Assembly (NCBI GenBank): GCA_965223265.1
Contig: OZ244999.1
Span: 5,120,001 to 5,184,000 of the forward strand
DNA from: Planctomycetota bacterium
GTDB lineage: Bacteria > Planctomycetota > UBA8108 > SXIK01
DNA length: 64,000 nucleotides
Direction: 5' to 3'
A program made the position numbers and the translations under genes. Position 1 is the first letter of the stretch. Every line of letters begins with the position of its first letter. The notes beneath the pieces were generated by a model that was not told the origin of the DNA, ran no database searches, and was given only the letters and a program-made list of their open reading frames with translations. Below are positions 50,743-59,935 of this stretch, one piece after another.

Positions 50743-51213
50743 TCAGCTGCCGTAGCCTGGCGGAGCGTATTTCAAATCCGATTCGGCGTTCGTGGAACTG
50801 GTGGTCGAATTCGCTTCCGCGGTCGACCCACCAACAGGATCTTCGCATGGTTGCGTCGCCAGGGCCCGCTCGCTTCGCTGCTGATCCGTAGCTTTCAAAT
50901 CCGGATAACAGCGCGACACAAAAGTGTTGCTCGACTTCATGAGGTACATTCCGAACAGAATCGGAATCAAGCCGTGAAAAACCAACGAAATCACAACAGA
51001 TCGCAGAAAAGGATTCCGTTCCGCTTCGACAAACGGCTGCAGTTCCCCTTGCTGCTGCAAGAGTGCCTGGAACGGGGACAACACACTCCGAACCAGCTGC
51101 TCATTCGAAGACCCGCCGAAGAAGTGATGGAGAGCGTTCAAGACCAAGATGAGCCCGCCACAGACGAACCCTAAGCCCACGACTTTACAGATGAGCTGAA
51201 AAATCTCGCGCAT
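50743..51213 (-). CDS. Hypothetical two-TM membrane protein
   Basis: GGAGG RBS; two hydrophobic helices. Confidence 0.7.
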   Translation of the reverse strand: MREIFQLICKVVGLGFVCGGLILVLNALHHFFGGSSNEQLVRSVLSPFQALLQQQGELQPFVEAERNPFLRSVVISLVFHGLIPILFGMYLMKSSNTFVSRCYPDLKATDQQRSERALATQPCEDPVGGSTAEANSTTSSTNAESDLKYAPPGYGS

Positions 51214-51467
51214 GGTGAACCTCCGTTGTGCCCATGCCGATGGTTCGCGCAGCCTTTGACCCCAACGCCGAGAGACTTGCCGCATGCCGGATTGTAACTA
51301 CGCGCATGCCCGCCAACCAAAACAAACGTGACAACCATCGCAGCGCCGCATAGTATGACAACCGTTACAGCTGTTGGCCTCGCGCTGCGACTCACACGAA
51401 CGCGAGCGGGAAGCCGATGGACACTGTTCAGACGCCCGACTCATATTTCAACTTTCCGTATCTTCAC

Positions 51468-52862
51468 ATGAAGTGCCGTCGGTCTCAAAGTGGTCGGCCT
51501 GAAAGTCCGCGCAACGAAGCGCTCCATCGCCGTTCGTTCCTCGGGCGCGCCCTCGTCGGCCTCGGAGGCATCAGTATAGCAAACGTTCTTCGGCTCCGTG
51601 CCGAAGCAACGACCGATGGCGCGCGCAGTACAGCACTCATTCTTCTTTGGCAGGACGGCGGTCCGAGCCACTTCGAAACGTTCGACCCGAAGCCCGACGC
51701 GCCGCGCGAGTACCGCGGTGAGCTCGGCACGACCGCGACGACCTTGAGCGGCGTGCACTACTGCGAGATTCTGCCGCGTTTAGCACGACTGGCGCATCGC
51801 ACTTGTGTCATACGCTCGCTGCACCAACCTTCGTCGCACCACGTCACCGGCACCCACAACTTCATCACCGGCTACAATGGCGTCGGTGTCGGTCGGGCGG
51901 AACACCCGGATCTCTGTGCGGTGGCCCACCGCGTCCGCAGTGAGCAAGGAACCGCGACGCTCCCAGACTACGTCGCGCTCGGGAGCGGCCTTCACCGCGG
52001 CGGTCCGTCTTACCTTGGCCCGGTGCATGCGCCGTTTCGAGTTGAAGGCGATCCGTCGCAGCCAGACTTTTACGTCGAGAGCTTCAAGCAAGGCAGCAGA
52101 GCGCACGCGTTCGGTTCGCGACTGAACGTTCTTGCGGCACTCGATGCATTCGGACAGCTCGATCTCGCCGCGCTCGATGCATCCGGACACATGGCCGCCG
52201 TCGATCGCTACCAGCGTCAGGCGATCGAACTTCTCAGCGGCAGCGGCCGTGTCGCACGTGCGTTCGATCTGTCGCGCGAAAAACTGACGATGCGCGAGCG
52301 CTATGGATTCCATACAGCAGGCCAGCAAGCTCTCCTCGCACGCCGTCTCGTCGAAGCCGGTGTTGGCGTCGTGGCCGTGCGTTTTTCTCCTGACGGACGT
52401 GGCGATCGCGATCGCAGCTTCATCGGCTGGGACGATCATGCTGTTCACGGCAATATCTTCGAAATCATGCGGCGCCGCGGGCCGCAATTCGACCAGGCGG
52501 TCAGCACGCTGATCGAGGACTTAGGAGAACGCGGCCTCGACCAGGACGTACTTCTCGTCGTTGCCGGAGAGTTCGGTCGCACGCCGCGCGTCTCGAATTT
52601 CAAAGGCTGCCCCGGCCGCGAACACTGGGGTCCGGCTGGCTGCGCGCTCCTCTATGGCGGCGGCCTACGCATGGGACAAGTGATCGGCGCCACGAACGCA
52701 AACGGTGAAGTGCCAAGTGAACGCCCGCTCAGGACGCAAGATGTGCTGGCGACGATCTACCATGTACTCGGCATTGACACCAAACATGAATTCCACAACG
52801 CCGCGGGACGTCCAATCCCGCTCCTGCCCTACGGCGAGCCGATCAAGGAGCTGATCGCCTGA
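51468..52862 (+). CDS. DUF1501 domain protein
   Basis: RRSFL, LWQDGGPSHFETFDPKP, GEFGRTP, GREHW. Confidence 0.92.
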   Translation: MKCRRSQSGRPESPRNEALHRRSFLGRALVGLGGISIANVLRLRAEATTDGARSTALILLWQDGGPSHFETFDPKPDAPREYRGELGTTATTLSGVHYCEILPRLARLAHRTCVIRSLHQPSSHHVTGTHNFITGYNGVGVGRAEHPDLCAVAHRVRSEQGTATLPDYVALGSGLHRGGPSYLGPVHAPFRVEGDPSQPDFYVESFKQGSRAHAFGSRLNVLAALDAFGQLDLAALDASGHMAAVDRYQRQAIELLSGSGRVARAFDLSREKLTMRERYGFHTAGQQALLARRLVEAGVGVVAVRFSPDGRGDRDRSFIGWDDHAVHGNIFEIMRRRGPQFDQAVSTLIEDLGERGLDQDVLLVVAGEFGRTPRVSNFKGCPGREHWGPAGCALLYGGGLRMGQVIGATNANGEVPSERPLRTQDVLATIYHVLGIDTKHEFHNAAGRPIPLLPYGEPIKELIA

Positions 52863-52895
52863 CTCCCCCGAAGCGCGGAGGTCCGTCAACTCGCG

Positions 52896-54479
52896 TCACG
52901 GCCCTGCGATCGTCACCCGCGGTAGCGCTGCCCGCAGCTCGTTCACCACCTCTGGGCTGAGCTTGAGGTCCGTCAGGTAAAGCTCTCTGAGATCGATCAT
53001 GCCTTTGATCGGTTCGACACCAGCGTCGGTCACTTGCGTGCCGTAAAGGTTGAGCGCGCGCAGATTCTTAAGTCCGCGCAAGTGCTGCATGCCCGCGTCG
53101 GTGATGGCGCAGCGACTGATGTAAAGGCCCTCGAGCTGAACCAGTCGCCGGACGTGCGTCAAACCGGCGTCTGTGATCTCCGTATCCGTCAGCGTGAGAT
53201 CCTTGAGGGCGGGCAGCTGCGCGAGCACACGAAGATCGTCGTCGCGCGCCGTAGTGCCACCGAGATTGAGTGCGGTGACGCGGCCGCTCCCATCAACCGT
53301 CGCCAGACCGAGCGCGCGAAAAGCCACAGCTGGAGAACGTTTCTGCTCGTCGACGAAGAGGCGCAGAACTCCGCCGACACTGACCGCGGTGCCGCGAACC
53401 GTCAAGTGTTCGAGCTGCGTGAGAGTCGTCAGCTGCGCCAGGCCAGTGTCCGTGACCGCGGTGTTCGTTAGGTTGAGTTCCACGAGCTTCTTGAGAGGCG
53501 TCAGATGCCGAAGTCCGGCGTCGGTGACCCGCGTACCCGCCAGGTCAAGGCGCCTCAGGCCGCCGAGCGTGCCAAGGGACTTGAGTCCGGAGTCCGCGAC
53601 GCTCGTGTCATGAGCGCCGAGCTCCTCGAGATGGGCGAGTCCGTGAATCGCCTCAAGCGTGGCGTCCGTCGCGGCCGGAGGTAGCACCAACACGCGTAGC
53701 TGCTCCAATGCTGCAAGAACGCCAAGCGCGTCTGCGGCGACAGCGGTCGCATCCAGGTCGAGCTCTCGCAAGCCAGTGAGCCGCGCGACGTAGACCAGCT
53801 GTTGCGAAGTGATCGCGGTCTGGCCAAGGTCGAGCTCTTCTAAAACGCGCACTTCAGCAAGCGGCTCGAGACGGCGCACAGCCGTGCCGCGAAGTCGAAG
53901 CCTCTCGAGCGCAGGCAACTCAGTAGCAAAAGTCACGTCGGAGACGCTGGTCGAACTTAGATCCAGCTCGCGAAGACGCGCGTGACCGTGCAAGTGTGCG
54001 ACTCCTGACTCGGTCACCCGTCGACAAAAGGAGAGATCCAGCTCCTCAAGCTGCGCGAGCGCCGTGAGGGCCTCCAGATCGACATCCGTGACACGCGGCG
54101 GCAGGTGAAGGCGCCGCAGCCCTTTCATGCGGCCAACGTGCTCGAAGGCTGCGCTCGTCAGCGTTGTGAACGGTTTCAGATCGAGCTCCTCGAGTCTCGT
54201 CAATGCGGCAAGGTGCTGAAGTCCGGTGTCAGTCACCCGCGGCGGCAGACGCAGTGTCTGGACATGCTCGGCGGCGCGCAGGATCTCGAGTCCGGCATTG
54301 GAGGACGTGCATCGCGAGAGGTCCACCGCGACGACGCGCCCGTCATCGTCGTGCGTCAACGTCGCCCCGATGCTTTCTAACTCACGGACGATAGCTTCAT
54401 CCGCGCGAGTGCTTGTTCCGGCAAGCAGCGCGACGAGCGCGAGGGCAGACGCGACCCAATCAGTACGAATTCGCGGCAT
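52896..54479 (-). CDS. Secreted leucine-rich-repeat protein
   Basis: Many LxxLxLxxTxVTDAGLxxL repeats; signal peptide. Confidence 0.92.
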   Translation of the reverse strand: MPRIRTDWVASALALVALLAGTSTRADEAIVRELESIGATLTHDDDGRVVAVDLSRCTSSNAGLEILRAAEHVQTLRLPPRVTDTGLQHLAALTRLEELDLKPFTTLTSAAFEHVGRMKGLRRLHLPPRVTDVDLEALTALAQLEELDLSFCRRVTESGVAHLHGHARLRELDLSSTSVSDVTFATELPALERLRLRGTAVRRLEPLAEVRVLEELDLGQTAITSQQLVYVARLTGLRELDLDATAVAADALGVLAALEQLRVLVLPPAATDATLEAIHGLAHLEELGAHDTSVADSGLKSLGTLGGLRRLDLAGTRVTDAGLRHLTPLKKLVELNLTNTAVTDTGLAQLTTLTQLEHLTVRGTAVSVGGVLRLFVDEQKRSPAVAFRALGLATVDGSGRVTALNLGGTTARDDDLRVLAQLPALKDLTLTDTEITDAGLTHVRRLVQLEGLYISRCAITDAGMQHLRGLKNLRALNLYGTQVTDAGVEPIKGMIDLRELYLTDLKLSPEVVNELRAALPRVTIAGP

Positions 54480-54655
54480 CCGGCGGCAATGTCTTCTTGT
54501 TTCAGCGGTGAATCTACGCGCGACCCTCGCCGCGCGGCAACTAGCGCGAGCGGTCTCGGCGCCATTGTAGCCTTCGGGGGCCTCACGAGAGAAGGAAACT
54601 CGCAAGCGCGGCAGATAGAATGATCCTGAGAATGCACCTGATGCGGAGACCCTAC

Positions 54656-55870
54656 ATGCAACGACTTGTTGTCTTTTACCTTTGCGTACCGCTCGCTGCG
54701 ATGTCCGCGATGGCGGCTGAAACTCTTCCCGACGAATGGATCGCTTACACCGAGTTTCAGACGAACCTGTCGGGTGGACGACACGCCAACGTCATCACCA
54801 AGCGCGCCGCGGTGATCCGCGCCGATGGCAGCGAGCGGCGCGTTCTCGCCGCGGAGCTCGTGAAGGAATCCAACACCTGGACACAGTTCGCCGGCTGGTC
54901 GCCTGACGGCACGATCGCCATCATTGGACGCGGCTGGGAAAGCCCGGAAAACGCCGCATGGGAGGAAGCGCACAAACGCTTTCGTTTCACAGCAGAAGGG
55001 TGGCTGTACGATCAGTTTCTCCTCGACATGAAAAGCGGCTCGTTGACGAACGTCACCGCCGTCGACCGCGTCAGCTACTACAACTCCGGCGTCTTCTTTT
55101 GGCCTGGCGACGAGACGAAGCTCGGCTTTCAAGCGCTCATCGACGGTGTCTCCCATCCTTTCTCTATGGATCGTGACGGACGCAACAAGACCGACCTCGC
55201 GACGAGCGCCGACGGCTTCACCTACGGCTTTCACTCGAGCCCGAACGGTAAGCTTGTCTCGTACCACAAGGCATATCAGATCTACATCGCCCAGGCCGAC
55301 GGCGCTCGCCCGCTCCACGTTGAGACAGGCGCGCCGTTCAACTTCGCCCCTGTCTGGTCGCCCGACGGCAGATGGCTTGCTTTCGTCTCTGGAGAGCACT
55401 ACAACTGCCACCCGCACATCGTGCGCGCGGACGGCAGCGGCCTGCGCAAGATCGGCGACCGCGCCGGTTTTCGCGGCGTCATCGAATTCCTCGATGTCTT
55501 CGACTTCCACGGCGGCTCGAGCGACACCGTGAAGTGGTCGCCCGACGGCTGGATCTACTACAGCAAGAAGATCGGCGACAGCATCGAGCTCATGCGTGTC
55601 AATCTCGACGACCGCGAGGAGCGCATGACGCGGTCGGCGCCTGGATCCGCCAACTACCATCCACAGCCGACAGCCAGCGGCCGCTGGGTCGTGTTCGGAT
55701 CGCGTCGCGCGGGCGTAAGGAACCTCTATGTGCTCGACGCCAAGAGCGGCCAAGAGCACCGCGTCACCGATCTGCGTCTGGGCCGAGGTGCCATGTGGGC
55801 GCACTGGCAACCGGGAGGCGGAGACAGAGACGGAAGCAGAGGCGGAGACAGAGACAGAGGCGGAGACTGA
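54656..55870 (+). CDS. TolB-like (PD40) beta-propeller protein
   Basis: Repeated WSPDG/SPNG; its last ~18 codons are read through the hexamer array. Confidence 0.88.
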   Translation: MQRLVVFYLCVPLAAMSAMAAETLPDEWIAYTEFQTNLSGGRHANVITKRAAVIRADGSERRVLAAELVKESNTWTQFAGWSPDGTIAIIGRGWESPENAAWEEAHKRFRFTAEGWLYDQFLLDMKSGSLTNVTAVDRVSYYNSGVFFWPGDETKLGFQALIDGVSHPFSMDRDGRNKTDLATSADGFTYGFHSSPNGKLVSYHKAYQIYIAQADGARPLHVETGAPFNFAPVWSPDGRWLAFVSGEHYNCHPHIVRADGSGLRKIGDRAGFRGVIEFLDVFDFHGGSSDTVKWSPDGWIYYSKKIGDSIELMRVNLDDREERMTRSAPGSANYHPQPTASGRWVVFGSRRAGVRNLYVLDAKSGQEHRVTDLRLGRGAMWAHWQPGGGDRDGSRGGDRDRGGD

Positions 55871-56157
55871 AGCAGAGACAGAGACAGAAGACGGAGGCAG
55901 AGGCAGAGGCGGAGACGCGCTCTCCCACTCCCACTCCCTCTCCCACTCCCTCTCCCACTCCCTCTCGCACTCCCTCTCGCACACGCACACGCACACGCAC
56001 ACGCACACGCACACGCACTCGCACACGCACTCGCACTCGCACTCGCACTCGCACTCGCACACGCACTCGCACTCGCACTCGCACTCGCACTCGCACTCGC
56101 ACTCGCACTCGCACTCGCACACGCACTCGCACTCGCCCACGCAAACGTAAACGTAGA
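55814..56157 (+). repeat. Bipartite hexamer array C
   Basis: GAGACA/GAGGCG/GAAGCA block, then CACTCC/CTCTCC/CACACG/CACTCG x >30, ending CAAACG TAAACG. Confidence 0.93.
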
Positions 56158-56238
56158 CCGGTGCGAACGGAGAGAAGAGCTCTGCTGTTCAGGGCGTACG
56201 TGCGGCGGCGGTTTTGTCGATCGTTACCGGAGTCACAC

Positions 56239-56562
56239 ATGGGTTTTCTCGCTCTGGATCACACTTTTGGCATCGTTCGTCAGCTGCGTCCCCTCGTCTT
56301 GAGCATCCGTCGTCACGACTCGAGGCTTGCCTCTCAGCTGCGCGACGCTGGCTCCTCTGTGGCGCTTAATCTCGGCGAGGGGAATCGGCGTCAGGGTCGT
56401 GACCGCGGGCATCTTTGGCGTGTTGCTTCAGGCAGTGCCGAGGAGGTGCGCACGGCACTGCGCGTTGCCGAGGCGTGGGGCTACATCGATTCAGCGCAAG
56501 CTGCCGCAGTGCTGGCGGATATCGATGCGCTGCAGGCGATGCTCTGGAAACTGACGCGCTGA
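56239..56562 (+). CDS. Four-helix-bundle protein (23S rRNA IVP / Avd-like), 107 aa
   Basis: GGAG RBS; LASQLRDAGSSVALNLGEG...VASGSAEEVRTAL...WGYI matches the QLxRAxxSxxxNIAEG...AxGSxxE family signature. Confidence 0.9.
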   Translation: MGFLALDHTFGIVRQLRPLVLSIRRHDSRLASQLRDAGSSVALNLGEGNRRQGRDRGHLWRVASGSAEEVRTALRVAEAWGYIDSAQAAAVLADIDALQAMLWKLTR

Positions 56563-56630
56563 CGCGGGAGTCTCGGCCCGCCGTGCTACTTGGCGCGGCG
56601 GGTCTGACGAGAAGGTGGGTGGAGGCGGTT

Positions 56631-56712
56631 ACAAATCCAGATACGGAGGCAGAGGCGGACTCAGACAACATCCACGCACTCCCACTCGCCCACGCACTCG
56701 CTCAAGCTCACG
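56631..56712 (+). repeat. Degenerate bipartite hexamer array D
   Basis: GATACG GAGGCA GAGGCG GACTCA GACAAC, then CACGCACTCCCACTCGCCCACGCACTCG. Confidence 0.7.
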
Positions 56713-56789
56713 GACGCCCACAACGACCGGCGAGACCCGCTGACGAAGCTCTCAGAGCGTGAGCATCGCCGCCGCGCTTGAATCGGTCA

Positions 56790-59700
56790 TCACGCGTCAC
56801 ACGGTGCAGCATCGGCACAACCGGCGATCACTCGGCAGTCGACGCCCGCGACGTGCGGAGCGCCGCCCAGGAAGAAGTAATTCACCATGGCGATGGCATC
56901 CGCAACGTCGATCGACGCGGCTTCGTCATCGTTGAAATCCAGCAGCTCGATATTCGCTGGGTGCACATGGCTGCCATCGCCGCAGGCAAACTCTCCCGGA
57001 GGCAAATCGCCGACGGGCTGTCCGGTGAACAAGATCTGCAGGATGCAAATCGCGTCGGCGACGTCCAGCGTTGCGTCCTGATTGCAATCGCCCGGGATCT
57101 GCGCGCCGCCACGCACGATGGCCGCAGCGGCTGATGGCTCGCTCTCCAGGCCGCTGAAGTCGACCGCCGCCGTCGTGTAGCGATAGGAAACGCCCGGGAT
57201 TGTGGCTGGATCGACGTAGAAACCGTCCGAAAGCGGCACGGGGTTGAGCTTGAGGAAACTCGCTTCACCTTCCTCGGTGCGGTAAACGTTGTAGCCTGCC
57301 AGATCGCATTCGTTGCCGGGTGTCCACTCGATGCGAATCGTAGATGCTACGGCTTGCGCGTCGACCGCTGTCGGCGGCATCGGCGCTCCCATAGAAACAC
57401 ACACCGGGGTACTGAACGGGCTCTCCTGGTCGAATCGATCGACCGCAGCAATGCGGTAGTACAGGTTTTCGCCGATCAGGACCCTCTCGTCGAGGAACAT
57501 GTTCGCTACGACCAGGGCGGGTGGCAACGCGTTCAGTTCGAGATCGAAACTGACGTCAGAGCTCGTACGATTCGTCTGGTGCACTTCGACGGCCAGCACG
57601 TTGACTCCGTCGACCAGCGCGTCCGCTCCGACTTCGAAAGCGAAGAACGTGTCCTCATCGTCGCCGCCGACCGTCTCGCTCGCGAACGTCGAGAACAGGA
57701 TCTCTCCGGAGGGCATGTTGTAGCGGAGGATTTCTTCGCCGTTGAGGAAAACCACGGCGCCATCGTCCACCAACAGTTGAATCCCCAGACGCTCGAACTC
57801 GCTACGATCCTCGACTTCAAAGTCACGGCGAAAGTAGTACGTCGGATGCTTGTTGTCCCCGTCGCTGCCGAACGACAACCGACTTGTCTCATCGCCATCT
57901 CCGTAACCGAGCTGCGCCGCCCCCACCTTCCAAGTCGCATCATCAAACTCCGGCTGTCGCCACGCAACGCCCAGGTCGATGCCGGAGTCGTCGAAGCTCC
58001 ATAGTGCACCGGACGCGATCAGAAGCTCCGGCGTGTTGTCGATGCGGCTGTACGGCCCGGCCTCTTGACTGGCACGATAAACGACGAAACCGGCGTGATC
58101 GGAAAACGCCGACTCGTCCCAATCGAGGCGCAGCGCGGCGGTACTTTCGGTCGCCGCAAGTCCGGTCGGTCGCGGCGGAGGGTCGCCCGCTGTCCTGAAT
58201 GTGCTCGTCTCGGTCGTCCCAGCGAAGCCGGCAAGGTCGCGACTCGAGACGACAAAGTCGTAGACGGCACCGCGCGTCAGACCGGTGAGGACGACTTCGT
58301 GGTCGTTGACCAATCGAGTGTCGGCGACAAACGCACTCGTCGCAGTGCCCATGCCGAAATCAACGCGCGTCTCGGCGGGCTCGCGGGTCCTCCACGACAG
58401 CGTCGTGCTCCTGCCATCCACTTTGACGCGCAGATTCTGAATGATCGGCGCGACGCCATCCAGAAGATAGTCCTCCATGATGAAGAACGTGCTGGTGTTG
58501 TCGAGCACAGCGCCATCGACACTCTCCGGCCAAGTGACGTAAAGCGGAACGTTGACATCCGTGTGCTGTCGCGTTCCATAGTTCAGCGTGGGAAAGTCTC
58601 CGGGAGAAATCACCTGGCCATCGTCGACTTGCAAGTCGCCTGTTTCATGGTCTGACGTGACGATCACGAGCGTGTTTTCGGATGCATCGTGAGCATCCAG
58701 CCAATCGAGAGCCGCCGCCACAGCACGATCAAAGCTCGCCACCTGCGGTGCGATTTGCAACTCACGGCGTGCAAAACTCCCATGGCTGATCTCGTCGATA
58801 TGTTCGTCCTCGACGACCAAAAAGAAACCTGTCGATTCCGAGGAAAGAAGCTCCAGCGCGCTGACGACGAGTTCAGCCAGTTCCGGCTCGTCATGTTCAG
58901 GAAATCGGTCACGGTCGCGATCATAGGTCGAGATCAGCATCCCGTTCGTCGTCGAACGGTCAAAGACACCCAAAACCATGGGTGGCAGAGCAAGTGGCGA
59001 CGCCGTCAGTGAAAGGAGGTCCGTTCGCGTCGACACGAACTGATAGCCGACCGTCGCGGCGGCGGCAATGTAGTCGTCATCAACGAATCCAGGTCCGAGT
59101 CCACCGCCGAAGATAAGGTTTGGCAGCGTCGCAGAGTGATCGTTGTCAGGGCGAGACTCATCGTCGTCGAATAGATAGTCGAGACGAATGTCGAACCGAT
59201 CCGACCGGCGGTCGTCGTGCGCAGCGAAACTCGCCACGGTCGCGTCGAACACGTCACTCGTTGTGACAATACCTGTATTCCAGCCATGGTCGCGTGCGAG
59301 CTCAAGAATCGTCGTCTTGATCTCGCCGTCGGCCTCGCTGATGATGCCGTTCGAGTCGTGTTGATATCCGGTCGCGAGCGCCGTGCCCGCAGTCGCTGAG
59401 TCTGTCGTACCACCATCGGCGCGCGCCGTGATCGACTCGCCCTGAAACGGAAAACGAGCACGATCCTCGAAGCTCAGCGGGACCGCATCGCTACCGTTCG
59501 CAAATAAACGGCCGGCTTGCACGTGCTCGAACCCCATGCCGTCGCCGATGAAAAGGATGATGTTGCGACGCGGACTGGACAACGTCTCCTGCTCAACAGT
59601 ACCGTCGTTCGGGCTCAGTGAGGCAACCTGGGCATGCGCACCCTCAGCACTCATGACTTGAACGAAGCAGGCGACGATCAGGGACCACGAAAGAATAGGA

Positions 59701-59903
59701 CGCACGACGACTCTCCACGGTTTTTCGATTAAGGCCGGAGGCTCTACAATAGCGGCTAAGCGCCGGAGCACAATGCGCGGTGCCGGCTGCTGAAACGACT
59801 TCGTGAAAAGGTAGGGCTCCTCCAGACGGTGACACATCGGCCGCGAGATTGTCGGCGTGTGACACAACACGGAAGCCGCTCTGAGGTTCAAGACCATCGC
59901 CAC
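56790..59903 (-). CDS. Alkaline phosphatase + FN3/lectin-like domains + dockerin-like tail (true start probably ~59700)
   Basis: NIILFIGDGMG, TDSATAGTALATG, IDEISH, VTSDHETG; FN3 repeats; PGDCNQDATLDVAD. Confidence 0.9.
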   Translation of the reverse strand: MAMVLNLRAASVLCHTPTISRPMCHRLEEPYLFTKSFQQPAPRIVLRRLAAIVEPPALIEKPWRVVVRPILSWSLIVACFVQVMSAEGAHAQVASLSPNDGTVEQETLSSPRRNIILFIGDGMGFEHVQAGRLFANGSDAVPLSFEDRARFPFQGESITARADGGTTDSATAGTALATGYQHDSNGIISEADGEIKTTILELARDHGWNTGIVTTSDVFDATVASFAAHDDRRSDRFDIRLDYLFDDDESRPDNDHSATLPNLIFGGGLGPGFVDDDYIAAAATVGYQFVSTRTDLLSLTASPLALPPMVLGVFDRSTTNGMLISTYDRDRDRFPEHDEPELAELVVSALELLSSESTGFFLVVEDEHIDEISHGSFARRELQIAPQVASFDRAVAAALDWLDAHDASENTLVIVTSDHETGDLQVDDGQVISPGDFPTLNYGTRQHTDVNVPLYVTWPESVDGAVLDNTSTFFIMEDYLLDGVAPIIQNLRVKVDGRSTTLSWRTREPAETRVDFGMGTATSAFVADTRLVNDHEVVLTGLTRGAVYDFVVSSRDLAGFAGTTETSTFRTAGDPPPRPTGLAATESTAALRLDWDESAFSDHAGFVVYRASQEAGPYSRIDNTPELLIASGALWSFDDSGIDLGVAWRQPEFDDATWKVGAAQLGYGDGDETSRLSFGSDGDNKHPTYYFRRDFEVEDRSEFERLGIQLLVDDGAVVFLNGEEILRYNMPSGEILFSTFASETVGGDDEDTFFAFEVGADALVDGVNVLAVEVHQTNRTSSDVSFDLELNALPPALVVANMFLDERVLIGENLYYRIAAVDRFDQESPFSTPVCVSMGAPMPPTAVDAQAVASTIRIEWTPGNECDLAGYNVYRTEEGEASFLKLNPVPLSDGFYVDPATIPGVSYRYTTAAVDFSGLESEPSAAAAIVRGGAQIPGDCNQDATLDVADAICILQILFTGQPVGDLPPGEFACGDGSHVHPANIELLDFNDDEAASIDVADAIAMVNYFFLGGAPHVAGVDCRVIAGCADAAPCDA

Positions 59904-59935
59904 TCACGCAGCGCCGACACGAGAAAGGAACTCTC

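Noticed and set aside
55372-56240. Long ORFs with RT/HS/CE/RV dipeptide runs (also 43696-44390 and 49264-49847)
   Set aside because: They arise from stop-free hexamer arrays; several frames are open at once and the real genes start after the arrays.
56239-56562. Diversity-generating retroelement suggested by the Avd-like gene
   Set aside because: No reverse transcriptase and no TR/VR pair differing at adenines was seen in the window.
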